In this document: in pieces, positions 24,171-36,640 of the stretch
Position numbering within the stretch: position 1 is the stretch's first letter
How the letters are laid out: every line of letters starts with the position of its first letter
Source: Camelus ferus
Lineage: Eukaryota
Length of the DNA: 64,000 nt
NCBI RefSeq assembly: GCF_009834535.1
Contig: NC_045700.1
Location: 12,152,001-12,216,000 of the forward strand
Direction: 5' to 3'
Translations under genes and position numbers: made by a program
The notes under the pieces: generated by a model
The model's database searches: none
Told to the model about the DNA's origin: nothing
Seen by the model: only the letters and a program-made list of their open reading frames with translations

Positions 24171-24859
24171 CATGGGTACCATTGCAAATACCATTGCCCT
24201 TCCCATGCAATGTGGCACCTAAAAGTTGTGTGGGCTTACTTTTTTAATGCTTTTCTCCCTCTTCTAGAAATTACATATGCTTTCACTCCCCCTGTTCGGA
24301 AATGTTGGTGGCAAGAAAGTCAAGCTACATAATTGGCTTTAAATGGTACAAATTTTGTGACAATGGATACATTGAAGTGTTCTGTCCTTTCTCTGACCTA
24401 TGTTATGCTCTCCCCCAAATTGATTGGCCCCGGACCTGAAATGGTTGCCTTATGTTAGTTTGATCGTATGAAGCGAGTACTTGGGGTTTTAAAGATTTAA
24501 AATCAATGAGCAGTTTGAGACAAAGAGGACTGATCAAATGAGAGGTATGCGACCTCAATTTCTTCAATCTATCTGAAGTTGACTTCGTTTTCCTTTAGGA
24601 AGATAAGAAGTATTAAAGCTGAAGTGGAAAGGTGTACTTTTGCTGTACCCAGATGATGTGTTTGAGCTGCTTGACCTGTCTTGGGGAACAGAAAGGCCAA
24701 CTGAATGGCATGATGACTTCTAAGGAAGAGGAACATTCAAGTAGATAAGATACAATGGGATAACCTCTGTTAACAGTGTGCTATGTGTTTATTTTACATG
24801 CAGTTAACAAAACAATGGAATAATACTGTTTTTATTTTGCAATTTGCAAGTTTAAACAT

Positions 24860-25130
24860 TATTTTCCCCCTTAAGCTTTATTTTCTGAGCATCTTTTGAC
24901 TTGTGAGCATCTCTATTAAAAACAAAGTTAAATTTTTTTTACGTAGCATTACATGGTATGAATGTAATTATATCTATTTCTATATGCATATTCCTTTTTG
25001 ATATGTAGGTTACTTAAAATTTTTTAATTGTGCATAATAATAGGATGTGTATATCATTACGTGTTAGTATTTGCAGTTATCTATGATTATTTCCTTAAAA
25101 CAATTTCCTACAGATTGAATTTCTGATTCG
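24860..25130 (-). mobile_element. Old L1ME 3' fragment
   Basis: gtagcattacatggtatgaatgtaatt...gatatgtaggttacttaaaatt pattern. Confidence 0.45.
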
Positions 25131-26319
25131 TTCTTAAAAGTCAATCATTTCTCCATGACCCATGTAATTACCAAGTCACAATTATTAAAAGTGGGGAACT
25201 TTCCTTGAAGTTCAAAGGAAGTAATGCAAAAATTGTCATTTATCTGGCTTTCTTGTGTGGGGGTCTGAGGTTAGAATGAGGCATGGTAATAGGTGAATTT
25301 CCCAGGCAACAGAAACTTTATTTTCTAAGTTCTGACATGTTGTCAATCATTGTTTAGAGTCATCAGTATAAACATTCAGCTCCTTTCAATTATTCTAAGT
25401 GTTCTTTATATTCTGTATGTAGCACATTTTATACACACACATCTGATACCTCAATAAGTTATAGGGTGATGGTCAGTGTGCATGACAAAAGGGGAAGTTA
25501 TCTCTATGGATGCTTGGGTTTGCAATAATAGTTTATGCAGAAATAATTCCATCAAATGATCACAAAGCTAACTAATGACAAATCTATTTCTAGACCCGCT
25601 CTACCCTACTGCTGCATTTTCTCACATCCATTAGAGTTTTAGTCTCATAAACAAATCATCATCTTTTAAAGTTAAATGGCTTTCAGTGACAGGTATAGGT
25701 AATTCTGGTGAAGTATGTGAGTGAACAATGTAGATTTTTAAAAAGTAACTGATGAAATAGAAAAGTTATGTGTAAACTGAATTTTATTTTTAACTGTTTC
25801 TAAACTCAGTTTTAAGTTATAAAATGTAGCATATTTTAAATATACAAAGATAGTGGCTCTTTAAAAAATTTATTTAAAAAAATCCTTTGTGATCACTAGA
25901 TGTTTCCTCAGGTCTATTCCAGTACCAACATTTTTTTTTTTTTTTTTGGAATAAAGAAGTGCCAGACATAGAGGATGCTGGCATTTCACAGATAATGCTC
26001 TAGTAAGTGACAATTCCGTACATCTTTGTGATGCTGTTCTAGAGAGCCACAAGGGATAACCATTGCATTTTCATTTCAGGTATTTCCAGACTGATGGGAT
26101 TTAATAAATCATGCAACTTGGAATGTGGACAAGTTAGTAAGGTAATGAACAATTTTTTTTTGGAGGGGGGGGAAGCTTTTAAAGATTGCTTTCCAGGAAT
26201 AAAAATGAAGAGAAATCAAAAAGGTTGATCAAGAGGTCTGAATTTGATTACTTTCTCTTTCTTAACCATTTTTTGGGTCCAATTCCAGACATTTAATGGA
26301 TGGCACTAAGTAAGTCATT

Positions 26320-26495
26320 AAACACTAGAGCCAGAAGGGGCTCTTAAAAACCATTTAGTTTGAGCCTCCCATTTTATAGATTATGACACTGAGGCCCGGG
26401 GACTTCCTAGGGGACATTGGCAAGTGGTGACACATGTAGAATTAGAGTCTAGGTCTCCTGTTTGTCAATCCAGAGCCCTTTCCACATGGCAGCTT
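26320..26495 (-). mobile_element. MIR
   Basis: cccattttatagattatgacactgaggccc...gtctaggtctcctg...tccagagccctttcc. Confidence 0.7.
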
Positions 26496-26537
26496 TCTTG
26501 TGGGACACACAGCCAGCTGAGCAATACTGGGTTTTAC

Positions 26538-26633
26538 TTTCACTGAAGGGTCATGTTGGATTGATTTCGCTTGACGATGGTTGAGTAGATAAGCTATATT
26601 AATGGTCTCTTCTCTCGAAAGCCAGGCTTTACG
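26538..26633 (-). CDS. Candidate exon X4, phase 0-0 (RKAWLSREETINIAYLLNHRQAKSIQHDPSVK)
   Basis: Acceptor tctattccttcacag, donor AAA|gtaaaa (weak); only one open frame; several retained CpGs. Confidence 0.25.
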
Positions 26634-27017
26634 CTGTGAAGGAATAGACTGCATCACTTATCCCCTCCTGTCTGCGGTCCCCATTTTCCTTTTATCTGTC
26701 TGCAAGACGATTTTTGTTAGAGGCATTTAATTTTCAGGCCCTGTCTGTGATTGGATCTATAAGTCTTTCCTTCCACCCCCTCTTCTTTTTTGTCTGTGCC
26801 TACACATTCTCTTTATCTCCGTTGTCATTAGATATTTCATTTGCTGGACGCTTTTCTCATTTGTAACCTATCACTTGATTTTATTATTTTCTTTCAATCT
26901 CAGGCTTATTGTGAGTAATGTGTTTCTCTCATACTGTTTCTCCCAGGGAAATAAAGAGGAAATACAAGACAGAGGAAGAAAACATCCTTTCTGTAAAGAG
27001 TGAAAAACCAATCTCAC

Positions 27018-27069
27018 TGCGGCGGGCAATGTGTCTTCTTTTTCTTCATCTTTAGTTTTGTAAATCTTT
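27018..27069 (-). CDS. Candidate exon X3, phase 2-0 (KIYKTKDEEKEDTLPAA)
   Basis: Acceptor tcttcatttaccttaag, donor GCA|gtgaga; GAA-rich; two frames open. Confidence 0.25.
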
Positions 27070-27882
27070 CTTAAGGTAAATGAAGAGTAATCTCCTGAAT
27101 CCCAGATCAAACCTAAACTCTCAGAGATTTCCCAGCTACTAAAGGGCTCTTTAGTATTCCCTCTGTCCACTTAAAATACCACACAAGAGACTTGTCAAAA
27201 TAAATCCACAGAAAATTAAGAGGAACGAGGACTAATTAATTTACCACCTCCTGTGCCAGTACTTCATTTAACTTCGAACTATAATGTCAAGCTTATTAAA
27301 TAACACATTAATTGATGTATTCATAGTAAAGCTATCATTTAAAGAAATCGTATTGGGAGATTGGCTGACTGTCTTGATATTCTGTTGCTCAAGATGGGTG
27401 TGGAAATAATTTCTGAGCCACACAAGGCAAGTAGTTCCATTGCTTTCTGACGGCATCTCAAGTTCTGATTCTCAGCCCTCATCATGATCTGAATGGCCTT
27501 GACATGAGGGCGAACACTCCATCATCTTGGAATACTTTTAAAATCAAATATATACATACCAATGAGAGTAGAGACTTGCAATCAGTGATATCAGTGATGG
27601 TCTGTAATGAAACGTGTTGCAAATAATTGTCTATAAGCTCTAAAGACATAGCAACTTTGCACAAGCTTCACCATGTCAGACACCTGTAGGACGATGTCTT
27701 CAAGAAGCAAATGCACACCATCCACTTACAAGCACTTCTGAGAATGGCATAAAATAGATGAAAATCTTCACTTATACTTTATTCTATTCATCTTTTGAGC
27801 AGAATAATGTCATCTTATTTATGTCTATCTCTCAAGTCCCTTTTTGTGATGATTCACAAAGTTCCAGATAAATAGAATTTAC

Positions 27883-28069
27883 TCAGCATTTTTAAGTGTT
27901 GCCTCACAAAATGTTACCACCTTATCGTCAAACTCAGTGTCAACATAACTAGGTGGTTTCAGAATATGTCTCTCCTTCTTCATCTCATCCACCATTTCCT
28001 TCTCCCTTTGTCCATTCTTTACACCCTTGGATTCTCTAGGTGCTTTCATAACAAGTTCATCTCTTAACA
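27883..28069 (-). CDS. Candidate exon X2, phase 1-2 (LRDELVMKAPRESK...SYVDTEFDDKVVTFCEATLKNA)
   Basis: Acceptor tacgtctttag, donor TGA|gtaaat; only one open frame; purine-rich and protein-like. Confidence 0.3.
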
Positions 28070-28099
28070 CTAAAGACGTACTATTCTGGATCTAACTTC

Positions 28100-28905
28100 T
28101 CAATTCATTTACTTAAACCACACAACTTAGAATAATCCTTGAATCGACTCTTTTTCTTGTATCTCATGTCCGATTGGTCAGTAAGTTCCGCAGGTTCTGC
28201 CTTCAGGTTCTTACACGGCAATACATGGTGATACAAGCTGTCATTTTTTCTCACGTGGCTGATCGCAGTAGTCTCCTAACTAGCTTCCCTGCTTCCTTAC
28301 TTACCCTGTATTTTTAGTACAGAGCCCAAAGCAAATCTTTTGGGATGTAAGTCAGATCGCGCCACGGCTGTTCTTGGACTTGCCAGTGACCTTCCACGTC
28401 ACTCAGGGGAAACGTCCTTGCAACGGTGGATGGGTCCTTACGTGATATGCTTTCCCACTGTTTCTCTAATCTTAGCTCCTTCCACTTTTGCCCTCTCTGC
28501 CTTCTCAGCTGTTTCTTGGACACGTCAGACGTGGCCCTGCCTTAGATCCTTCCCACGTGTCATTTTCTCTGCCTGGGATGATCTTATTCCTAATGTTTGG
28601 GTGGCTGGCGGGAACATTTTCTTTAGGAGCTGCTCAGTTGTTACAGTATCGACGGCATCTTCATTGAGGTGGCTACCTCCTTAAAGCAGTAGCCTCAGCC
28701 TCTGCTACAGCCTCTGTTCCTTCTTACTTTGCTTTATCCCCCCACAGCACGTATTATCCAACTAGATCTATTTATTCATTTGCTGTCTTGCTTCCCTTGT
28801 GCCTGCAGGAAGATAAATTCCATGAGAGCAAGGATTTGTGTTTAGCACATAGAGAGAACATAATAAATATTTATTGAAAGAATAAATGAACAAATAAAAG
28901 GAAAG
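28100..28905 (+). mobile_element. L2a 3' end
   Basis: ctcctaactagcttccctgcttcc...gtaagtcagatcgcgccac... ending aaatatttattgaaagaataaatgaac. Confidence 0.85.
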
Positions 28906-29094
28906 ATGTTAGTCAAGTGTTTAAAAACAGTCTTTAGTGTAAATCTATGTAGGATCGAGTGGCTGTGTAATCATGGGAAAAGAACTCCTCTGTAAGAGGG
29001 CACAATGATATCGATTTCCTAGGCCAGTTGTACGAATTAAATGGTTTATAAGGTAAAGAGTTGATCGAAGTGTCTACCAGTAGCAAATGCTCAC

Positions 29095-29235
29095 ATAGAG
29101 TGATGCTACTGCTGCCTCCCTTGCTGTTCTTTGAATTTGCATTTTCTTTTGAGAATATTGGAGCAAGCACTGATCCCTCCTCGCAGGGGGAGATGAGGAC
29201 ACGGCCACCTGCCTCTTTCCCTTCTCCAAAGACTT
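29095..29235 (-). CDS. Candidate exon X1, phase 1-1 (VFGEGKEAGGRVLISPCEEGSVLAPIFSKENANSKNSKGGSSSITL)
   Basis: Acceptor ccaccattaag (modest), donor CTAT|gtgagc; two frames open. Confidence 0.2.
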
Positions 29236-29949
29236 CTTAATGGTGGCACTAGCTGTCATCTGGACTTAGAAGGTAGTATTTTGTTGTTGCAGAACTGTTG
29301 TCAGATATTTTATCCCTGTGATGCACATCTCATTTTACTAAACCATTGATTAAAATCAATGAAGATACAGCCTCTGACCTTGGTGACTTTTCGCCACTGA
29401 AATCAAATCAAAGCAGGGACTCCAGAAAACTAAAAGAAAATAAGTCTTTAAAATCCATTTGAAGTCGATATCTTCGAGGAGACACTAGAGTTTCTGGAAT
29501 GAAGATGTTTATTATTGCTGCCAGAAGAGTGACTGCGTCATTTATCTTGCATCTTTTTTTTTCCCAAAGGAAAAACACAGCGTGATCTTCAGTTCATATA
29601 TCCCTGCAATTACAGAGTTAAAGTTCTAGGAGCTAAAATTTAAAACTTTCCACTCTCTCTCCACCTTTGTTATCACGTTTTGTTTGTAGAGGGCAGTGGA
29701 AGTGGGGCTTGGTTATTAGGAATAATGCTAACATCTAAAGAAAGGAGAAATAGAAGAAAAGGCAGAAACATACTTTTGACCTAATAACCAAATCTTTGAA
29801 TTGACTTAGGTTTGCCAAATCTATTTTCCAGCTCAAGTACACTTTATAATGAACTGGTGGACTCCCTTGTCAAAATAGGTCAGTACGATTGTTTGGGAAG
29901 GGTCTTGGCACACAGTATCGACAGACACAGCTACCCCAGGAAGAACCAG

Positions 29950-30075
29950 AGCTCGCTAAGTAAGTGTTAGCTCTGAGTTAGGCACTGTTCCAGATTTTGA
30001 TACATGTTACATCAAAAGCGCCTCACAGCAATGCCATGAGTTAGATGTTATGCTATTTGTCATATTCTGTTGGTG
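29950..30075 (-). mobile_element. MIR fragment
   Basis: taggcactgttccag...cctcacagcaatgccatgagttagatg. Confidence 0.55.
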
Positions 30076-30399
30076 CAGAAAAAGGAGGGGGGAAGGCAGG
30101 ATGGTGTAACTAACAAGGGGCAGAGTCTGGATTTCATAGTGAATCTGCCTGGATAATAAGGTCTAGGATTTTGCTCCAATGCCTCGCAAAAGGAAACTGA
30201 ATCACTTGGAAACACGCCTGATAGTAGATGGATTTACAAGTTATTGATGGCATGGAAAGGGTCAGTGGATCAGGACTGGTGATCTTCCCAGCCACATGCA
30301 AAGGAATGTTTGATCCCACCTGTCTGTCAAATTTGGTTTTGACTTTGGGTTAGTGGCTACCTCATCAAGACACATTCTGGTGTGAACAGATATGTCTTT

Positions 30400-30850
30400 C
30401 AATATCAATGTCCTTTTTATTTTTCCGTGATAAATATGATCTCAACATCTTAGTGGCTTATGACAATAAACATTTATTTTACTCTGGATGGGCATGTGAT
30501 CTGGTTGATGGAGGCAGGACTTGGTGGATCCTAGCTGGACTCTAGGCTTCTGGTTGAGCTCTGGTGTCTGTCTTCATCATCCAAAAGGGATTCCTCTCAT
30601 GGTGGATTTCAGGAGTGCAAGAGACAGAGCAGTTTCATGTAATGCTTATACACCTTCCATTCAGAATTGGTCCCCTGTCACTTCCATCCACATTCCACTG
30701 GCCAACCAAATTTCCATCAGTGGCATGGAAATATAGTCTGCACCATAGCGGAGGCCCTGCAAAGCTCCATGTCAAAGGCCTGGGCGTATAGTTCTAACAC
30801 AGGGAGGGAATAAAGAAGCGAGAATAACATGGAAACAGTTTCTGCAAACT
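30400..30850. mobile_element. MaLR LTR (MLT1H/J-like)
   Basis: ttagtggcttatgacaataaacatttatt...cacttccatccacattccactggccaa. Confidence 0.7.
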
Positions 30851-31399
30851 AGCATTGACTCCAAAGCCCTCACTCTTATGGCCTGGCTTTATCACTAAAA
30901 TGTAGGTGACAGCATTTATCTCATGGATATAAAGTGAGGTACTGTATGTACAATCTGCAGGGAATACCATCGGGCATTGTACTCCATCAGCGGTAGCTTT
31001 TTTATTGTTTTTCATGTGGCACTTTTATTATCTTTACCTTATTAGTTCTTTCATGCCACTTTGATTCATGTGAATCAATAGATTCTTGTTCACTTGTTTT
31101 ACTCTTAATAAAAATTATTAAAATAAATAGTTGTCAAATTGCTACTCTGGGTTGGCCTTGCCCAGTACTAACTAAATCTGTCTGGTTTTCATCTGCTTGC
31201 TTGCTGAATTTTTGAGCATCTGCATATTCAGATTCGTGGTGGCAGGTGATTTCTTCTCTAACTTGCTGCGGTTAGTTTAATTTCTTACCATGGCTTTGCC
31301 TGACTGTGAGTAGCTTTTCGTGGCATTTAATTCATTTTGATCACAATGAAACCTGTGAAGTTAACTTATTCAGACCTTTCTGGTTTTCTTCGTCAAGTT

Positions 31400-31830
31400 T
31401 GCTGTTTCCCTACGATTCAAACCACTTGCTGTGGCAGACCAAAGAAAACCCAATGCAAACTGGCTTAAACAAAAGGTGAGCTTACCTGGAAATTCCAGGG
31501 GTAAGGACAGGCGTCAGGGACAGTTTATGGAAGAATTAAGTTTCTCTTTCTTACCCTTCCTGATATTCATCTTGTCGACCCGATTCTATTCTCATTTGGA
31601 AAAAATTTCCCCCTTTTGGAAGCCAGATGGCCTCAGCAGCTCTATACTACATACTAGCAGTGAAGTTGCTCTTCCCCGGAAGTTTCTGCTCCAGTTTCAC
31701 TGCATATGACCGGGTCTATTGGGAAACAAGTCCATCTCTGAACCAATAACCATAGGTTGGAAAAGGATTCCGATTGGCTTAAGTCTAAGTTACATGCTCC
31801 ACTCCAGGAACTGAGGACTGACTTAGTCTT
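31400..31830. mobile_element. MaLR LTR (MLT1K-like)
   Basis: aacccaatgcaaactggcttaaacaaaagg...gaaccaataaccatagg...gattggcttaag. Confidence 0.6.
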
Positions 31831-32398
31831 ATCTGAGTTCCTGGGCTAAAAGTTGGGGAAGTGTGGTCCTCACAAATCAAGACTGGGAGACAGAAACAGC
31901 CATCAGTGTTGGGAGACAAAAACAACAGCGACAAAAACAAAAACAAAAACAAAAAGTTTACTATGTACTCTGTTTTTATTTTCTTTTATCACTTTCAAGG
32001 CATTCAGTCTAAACAATGCTCAGTCTAAAAATTCAGCCATTGCCGAGTAAATCTATCTGTATAGACAGAGATTCTGTGCTTTACAGCTGTCTCTCTCCTC
32101 TCCACCTGTGTCAATGCCCAACAATAAATCTCATTGGATGACTGAGATTATCTACATTTACTCCACTGCACAGAAAACTGAGATTTTTGTCTTTGTAGGT
32201 TCATGGACTCTAGTGCTAAATGAACAATCTTTAATTTCTGCCAAGATTTAAAATCTGGCCAACAAGTTTTTGACTGATTGTGCTCACAATGTGGACAAGG
32301 TTGCAGAACATTGTCACTACTCTGTGTCTGTTTCTCACATAGTTCATTGACCTGTAGCTTTCACTAGTTGATGAGAAATAGCATCTTCCTCATCCCTC

Positions 32399-32553
32399 NN
32401 NNNNNNNNNNNNNNNNNNNNNNNNNNNNNNNNNNNNNNNNNNNNNNNNNNNNNNNNNNNNNNNNNNNNNNNNNNNNNNNNNNNNNNNNNNNNNNNNNNNN
32501 NNNNNNNNNNNNNNNNNNNNNNNNNNNNNNNNNNNNNNNNNNNNNNNNNNNNN
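32399..32553. other. Assembly gap (155 N)
   Basis: Run of n. Confidence 1.
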
Positions 32554-32569
32554 ACTTCTCGGTATCGCT

Positions 32570-32720
32570 GCTTATGATGATACTGATGTTAAAACCCACG
32601 TGTGCCATATTACATGTGATTGAGCACCTTCTCATCTATTCTTTTATTTAAACCTTATCAAAATTCTGAAAGATAAGTAGTATCAGTTAGGACATGAGGC
32701 CATGTAAAAAGCCACACAAG
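32570..32720 (-). mobile_element. MIR fragment
   Basis: gtgccatattacatgtgatt...aaaattctgaaagataagtagtatc. Confidence 0.5.
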
Positions 32721-34736
32721 GACTAAGAGGTTTAGCTTATCTGACCTCAGGTTCAACATTTTTCCCACTAGCATTACTCTATAGCTTCAAAAACCTCATC
32801 CCAGCCAGGAGCCTTAAGGAGAAGACATAGAGGTTTATAGACATTTGGCAAAATCGTGATTAGTGGGATAGGAAACATCCTCCCCCCAAATACTCAACAA
32901 AACAAGTTTTGTCTTTGAAGTGGTTTTTTGATACTGTTCTGTCTTCAGAGGACAGAGAATTAAAAAAACAACCTGTTTCAAATAAGGCAGGACAGAGGTA
33001 CTTATATTTTAGAAGTCTGAAAGGGTTATGTGAGGGTTCTAAATCAATTATTTCACATTCTCCACTTTTTATATTCACCATTACTGTGCTGTTAGAACAG
33101 ATTGTACCTTAGGAGTTTTACTATATATTAAAAATCATAGGTGCTATAATTAATACATAATTTATCTGGAAAATTTACAATGCTAGAAAATATATTATTA
33201 CAATCATATAATATCTAGTCTTACTTGACTAGACCAGAACCAGTAAATTATGTTCAATATCATTTCTTTTTCTGTGAATGGAGAAGTTTCATTTGCTTAT
33301 TAATCTGTAGAATTGAGATACTTAAGTGCTATGGTACAGATAAAACCATAGAATCTTCTTTATTCCAAGGATTATTTATTCTTTCTGGTAAGTTGCTGTG
33401 AATAACTACAAATTCCTGACTTCACCGTAGCACCATTCATTGGGAAATGACTTTGCAAATCCCTACATTATGCCAAACATAATGAAATTGTTCTTAGTAT
33501 TTTTGTAGAAACAAATGCACAGAAGCATTTCCCCAAGGCATTGCTGCTGCTTTGCTAAGCAAGTGCAGATAATCAGCGGTTCAGAACCTTAAATATGAAT
33601 ATATGGTGACAAATGTGAGGGATGGAGACACTGTGTTTTCTTAGTCTCACTGAATAGAAGAGGACAAAGACAAAATAGAGAATAAAATTTGTTTTGGGTT
33701 ATTTCTTGTGAAAAACACATTGCAAGAGATAAATGTAAGTCTAAATACACATAAGCATGATCTAAGCAAAGGCGCCAGCAGCAGGCCAGGGACTGTAGAA
33801 AAGCTCTCACCCGCTTTTGCTGTCCTGAGGAAGAGTCACACGGTTGGGACACTAACTTACAGAAGAAGATGCAGGGCTCTCGTCAGTGGTAAGATGTCCA
33901 GTGAGTATGTTACATGTAATGTTTATGTCTTCTGTGACCCAGGTAGCCTGTAACCCAAGATGTATCCTGCGCCAGTTTGATATCTGTGTTTCCTGGTAAC
34001 TAGGGGCCAATTATAAGGATTCCTTTATCCTAGAAAAATGTAAGACCCGAGGAAAAGGGCCTTTCCTTTCTGAACATATTCATATGGGGCAATAAAGTTA
34101 AAATTCTTTTGAATGTAGCCATAAAAAAAAAAAAAACTACATTGGTAAGGAATGACAATGGAGCATCATGGGGCCTAGTGAAGTGACCTTCCAGAAAAAG
34201 GAACTAGCTTTGCTGGGTGATTACTTCCTTCATGCTATGTTTTCTTTTGGGGACCAGGTTGATTTTATGAAAATCCAAAGTTTTAGGGCTGCATCTGTTT
34301 CATTTATTTTTCTTGTTTGTTTGTTCATTCATTTTAATTATTTATGGATCTGCACTGCTCTATCATCTTTTGAAAGCCTTCATTCTTCCCCTAATTTTAT
34401 ACTCAATAATTTGAGGCTATCATGACTTCTCATTAATATATTGAATTTAGATTTGAAACTCAGGAAACTTAATTCTATACTTCAAATATTCACTATATTG
34501 TACTTACAACAAAAAGTGTAGATGAGTCAGCAAACATCTATTTCTCTGTCTCTAAAGAGAGACTTTCTCTGTCTTGTTTTTTATTACTTCTCTCTTTCTT
34601 CTCTCCTTTCCTTCTTGTCAGAGATGGAGTCTTTTCTTATAAAAGAAAAATATGCCAAAAAAATTCTCTAGAGGAGAACTTGCGTGAGAAGTGCTTTTTT
34701 GGGGGGTTGGTTTGAGTATAAGTATCTTGTGTAATT

Positions 34737-34874
34737 AAAATTATTTTTCAATTTCATTTATTTATTTTTGTTGTTGCAGGGGGAGGTAATTAGGTTTATT
34801 TAATGTTGTTTTTTTTTTCCTAATGGAGGTACAGGGGATTGAACCAAGGACCTCATGCATGCTAAGCATGCTTC
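34737..34874 (-). mobile_element. 5'-truncated camelid SINE (vic-1-like)
   Basis: gggggaggtaattaggtttattt...gaggtacaggggattgaaccaaggacctcatgcatgctaagc; lacks A-box; candidate TSD tgtaatt at 34730-34736 and 34875-34881. Confidence 0.85.
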
Positions 34875-35084
34875 TGTAATTTTTTTTTTATTACTGTCTT
34901 TTGGGAGCTATCAAGTTGATTTTGAAAGTTTGACAGAACTTTGTAATTTCCTGACATAAATTGGTAGATGGATTGGCTACCCATAACCATTAAAAAAGGG
35001 AAACTAATGGGAATTGCGATTGTCAGTTGGGTGGAGGGGTGGAGGGAATCACAGACATAAGCTAAGTAAGGTGTGTTGTCAACA

Positions 35085-35680
35085 TGAATAAAATGTGGGT
35101 AAGTCTATATATGCATATACAATAGAATAATATTCAACCTTAAAAAGGAAGGTACTCTTGTCATTTGCAACAAACTGAATGAAACTTGAGGGAATTATGC
35201 CAAGTGAAATGAGTCAGACAGAGAAAGATAAATCCTGTATGACCTCACTAACATGTGGAATCTAAAAACCAAATTAAAATAAAAACATAAACTCGTTGAA
35301 AAAAAGATCAGATTTGTGGTTACTGGAGGTAGAGAGTAGGGGGTGGGAGAGTTGGATGAAAGTAATCAAAAGGTACAAACTTTCAGGTATAAGCTACGTT
35401 AAGTAACAGGGATGGAATGTACAACATGATGACTATAGTTAACGCTGACTAGTGTGGAATATTTGGAAGTTGCTAAGTGAGTAAATTCTCAAAGTTCTGA
35501 TTGCAAGGAAAAAAAAATTGTAACTAAATGAGAAGATGAATATTAACTCAACTTATGTGGTGATCGTTTCTCAGTGTATGTATATGAAGCCGTTATGCTG
35601 TATATCTTAAACTTATTCAGAGCTGTATGTCAATTATACCTCAATAAAAGTGAAAAATTATCTCAATAAATATGAAAAAA
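35085..35680 (+). mobile_element. L1MA9-like 3' end
   Basis: tcatttgcaacaaactgaatgaaacttgaggga...aggtacaaactttcagg...tatacctcaataaaag. Confidence 0.88.
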
Positions 35681-36049
35681 GTGGGTGAGTGACAGCCAGG
35701 TAGATGAAGAGGTCCTGTATCAGGACAGAGAGAGCCACGAATGACATGCAGACATACCTTCTCTTTCCACCCTACAGAGTGGCACTTCTCACAGCCGATC
35801 TGTCCTCCATTTACCACTCTGCTGGTCTGTGGTCCAGCCGCAGTCCCCCAGGGTGTGCTCAGGGAGCCAGTCAGGGCTTCCTGTGTGTGCCCACTCTTGA
35901 ATGGTTATCCTTACCTGGGGCCAGAGAAACGTAGGGTTAGCATTCTATTGTGGCATCAGAACCCCAGGAGAGTGCCAGTAACCTCCCTCTTTGCCTTAAA
36001 TCAACTTCAGGTCTCTGGCAAATGCCTGCTTTCAGAACCTCCTCACACA

Positions 36050-36640
36050 AGACGACCAATGCTTAAGTGCTGTGTCTAAAATCCAAACCAAACAAGTCAA
36101 TTCTCCATTAGACCTTCAGTGGCTCCCACTTACCTACGGGATCAACGTCAGACTCCCATCATGGACTACAAGGGCCTTTTCATTACCTGCATTTCCGGTC
36201 TCACCTACTGTTGCTGTCAAGCCACCTACGTACCTTCAAGTCATACCCACTGGTTTTGTCTAGAGGTGCTCTTCTCTCTGATGCTCTCCTGAGCCTTTTT
36301 TCTCAGCTCAGGAATAATTTCTGTGCTACTCTCTTGCCCCTAGTGTCTGCTGGTGAGCAATGAGCAGAAATTCATTCTCTGTGATTTAACTCATCCATCC
36401 CCTCTTTGCAGAAGTTTGTCTGACTCACATGTTTTTATGTTGATATTCTTTTTCTTTCCTCCATACGTCCAGTGCTTTTTCATGTCCTACCCACTTGTCT
36501 ACATGGGACAGAATTTGGTGGGACTCAAAGCAAGGACTGTGTCTGTCTTGTTTGCCAACCTATTGCTGGTGTTTTGCATGGAGCCTGGTATATGACAAGC
36601 TTTTAATAAATTTAGACTGAATCAATAAATATTGAATGAA
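36050..36640 (+). mobile_element. L2 3' fragment
   Basis: ccttcagtggctcccacttacc...ttaataaatttagactgaatcaataaatattgaatgaat. Confidence 0.75.

Noticed and set aside
24585-24720. Strong plus-strand acceptor ttcgttttcctttag
   Set aside because: Gives an immediate stop in the phase required by the 16573 micro-exon and has only a weak donor; likely a pseudo-exon.
27268-27664. Two adjacent 60-aa minus-strand ORFs inside the candidate exon cluster
   Set aside because: I could not find splice sites placing them in frame with X2 or X3; they may be intronic or a decayed part of the same locus.
32368-32635. ORFs across the first gap
   Set aside because: Artefacts of translating N.
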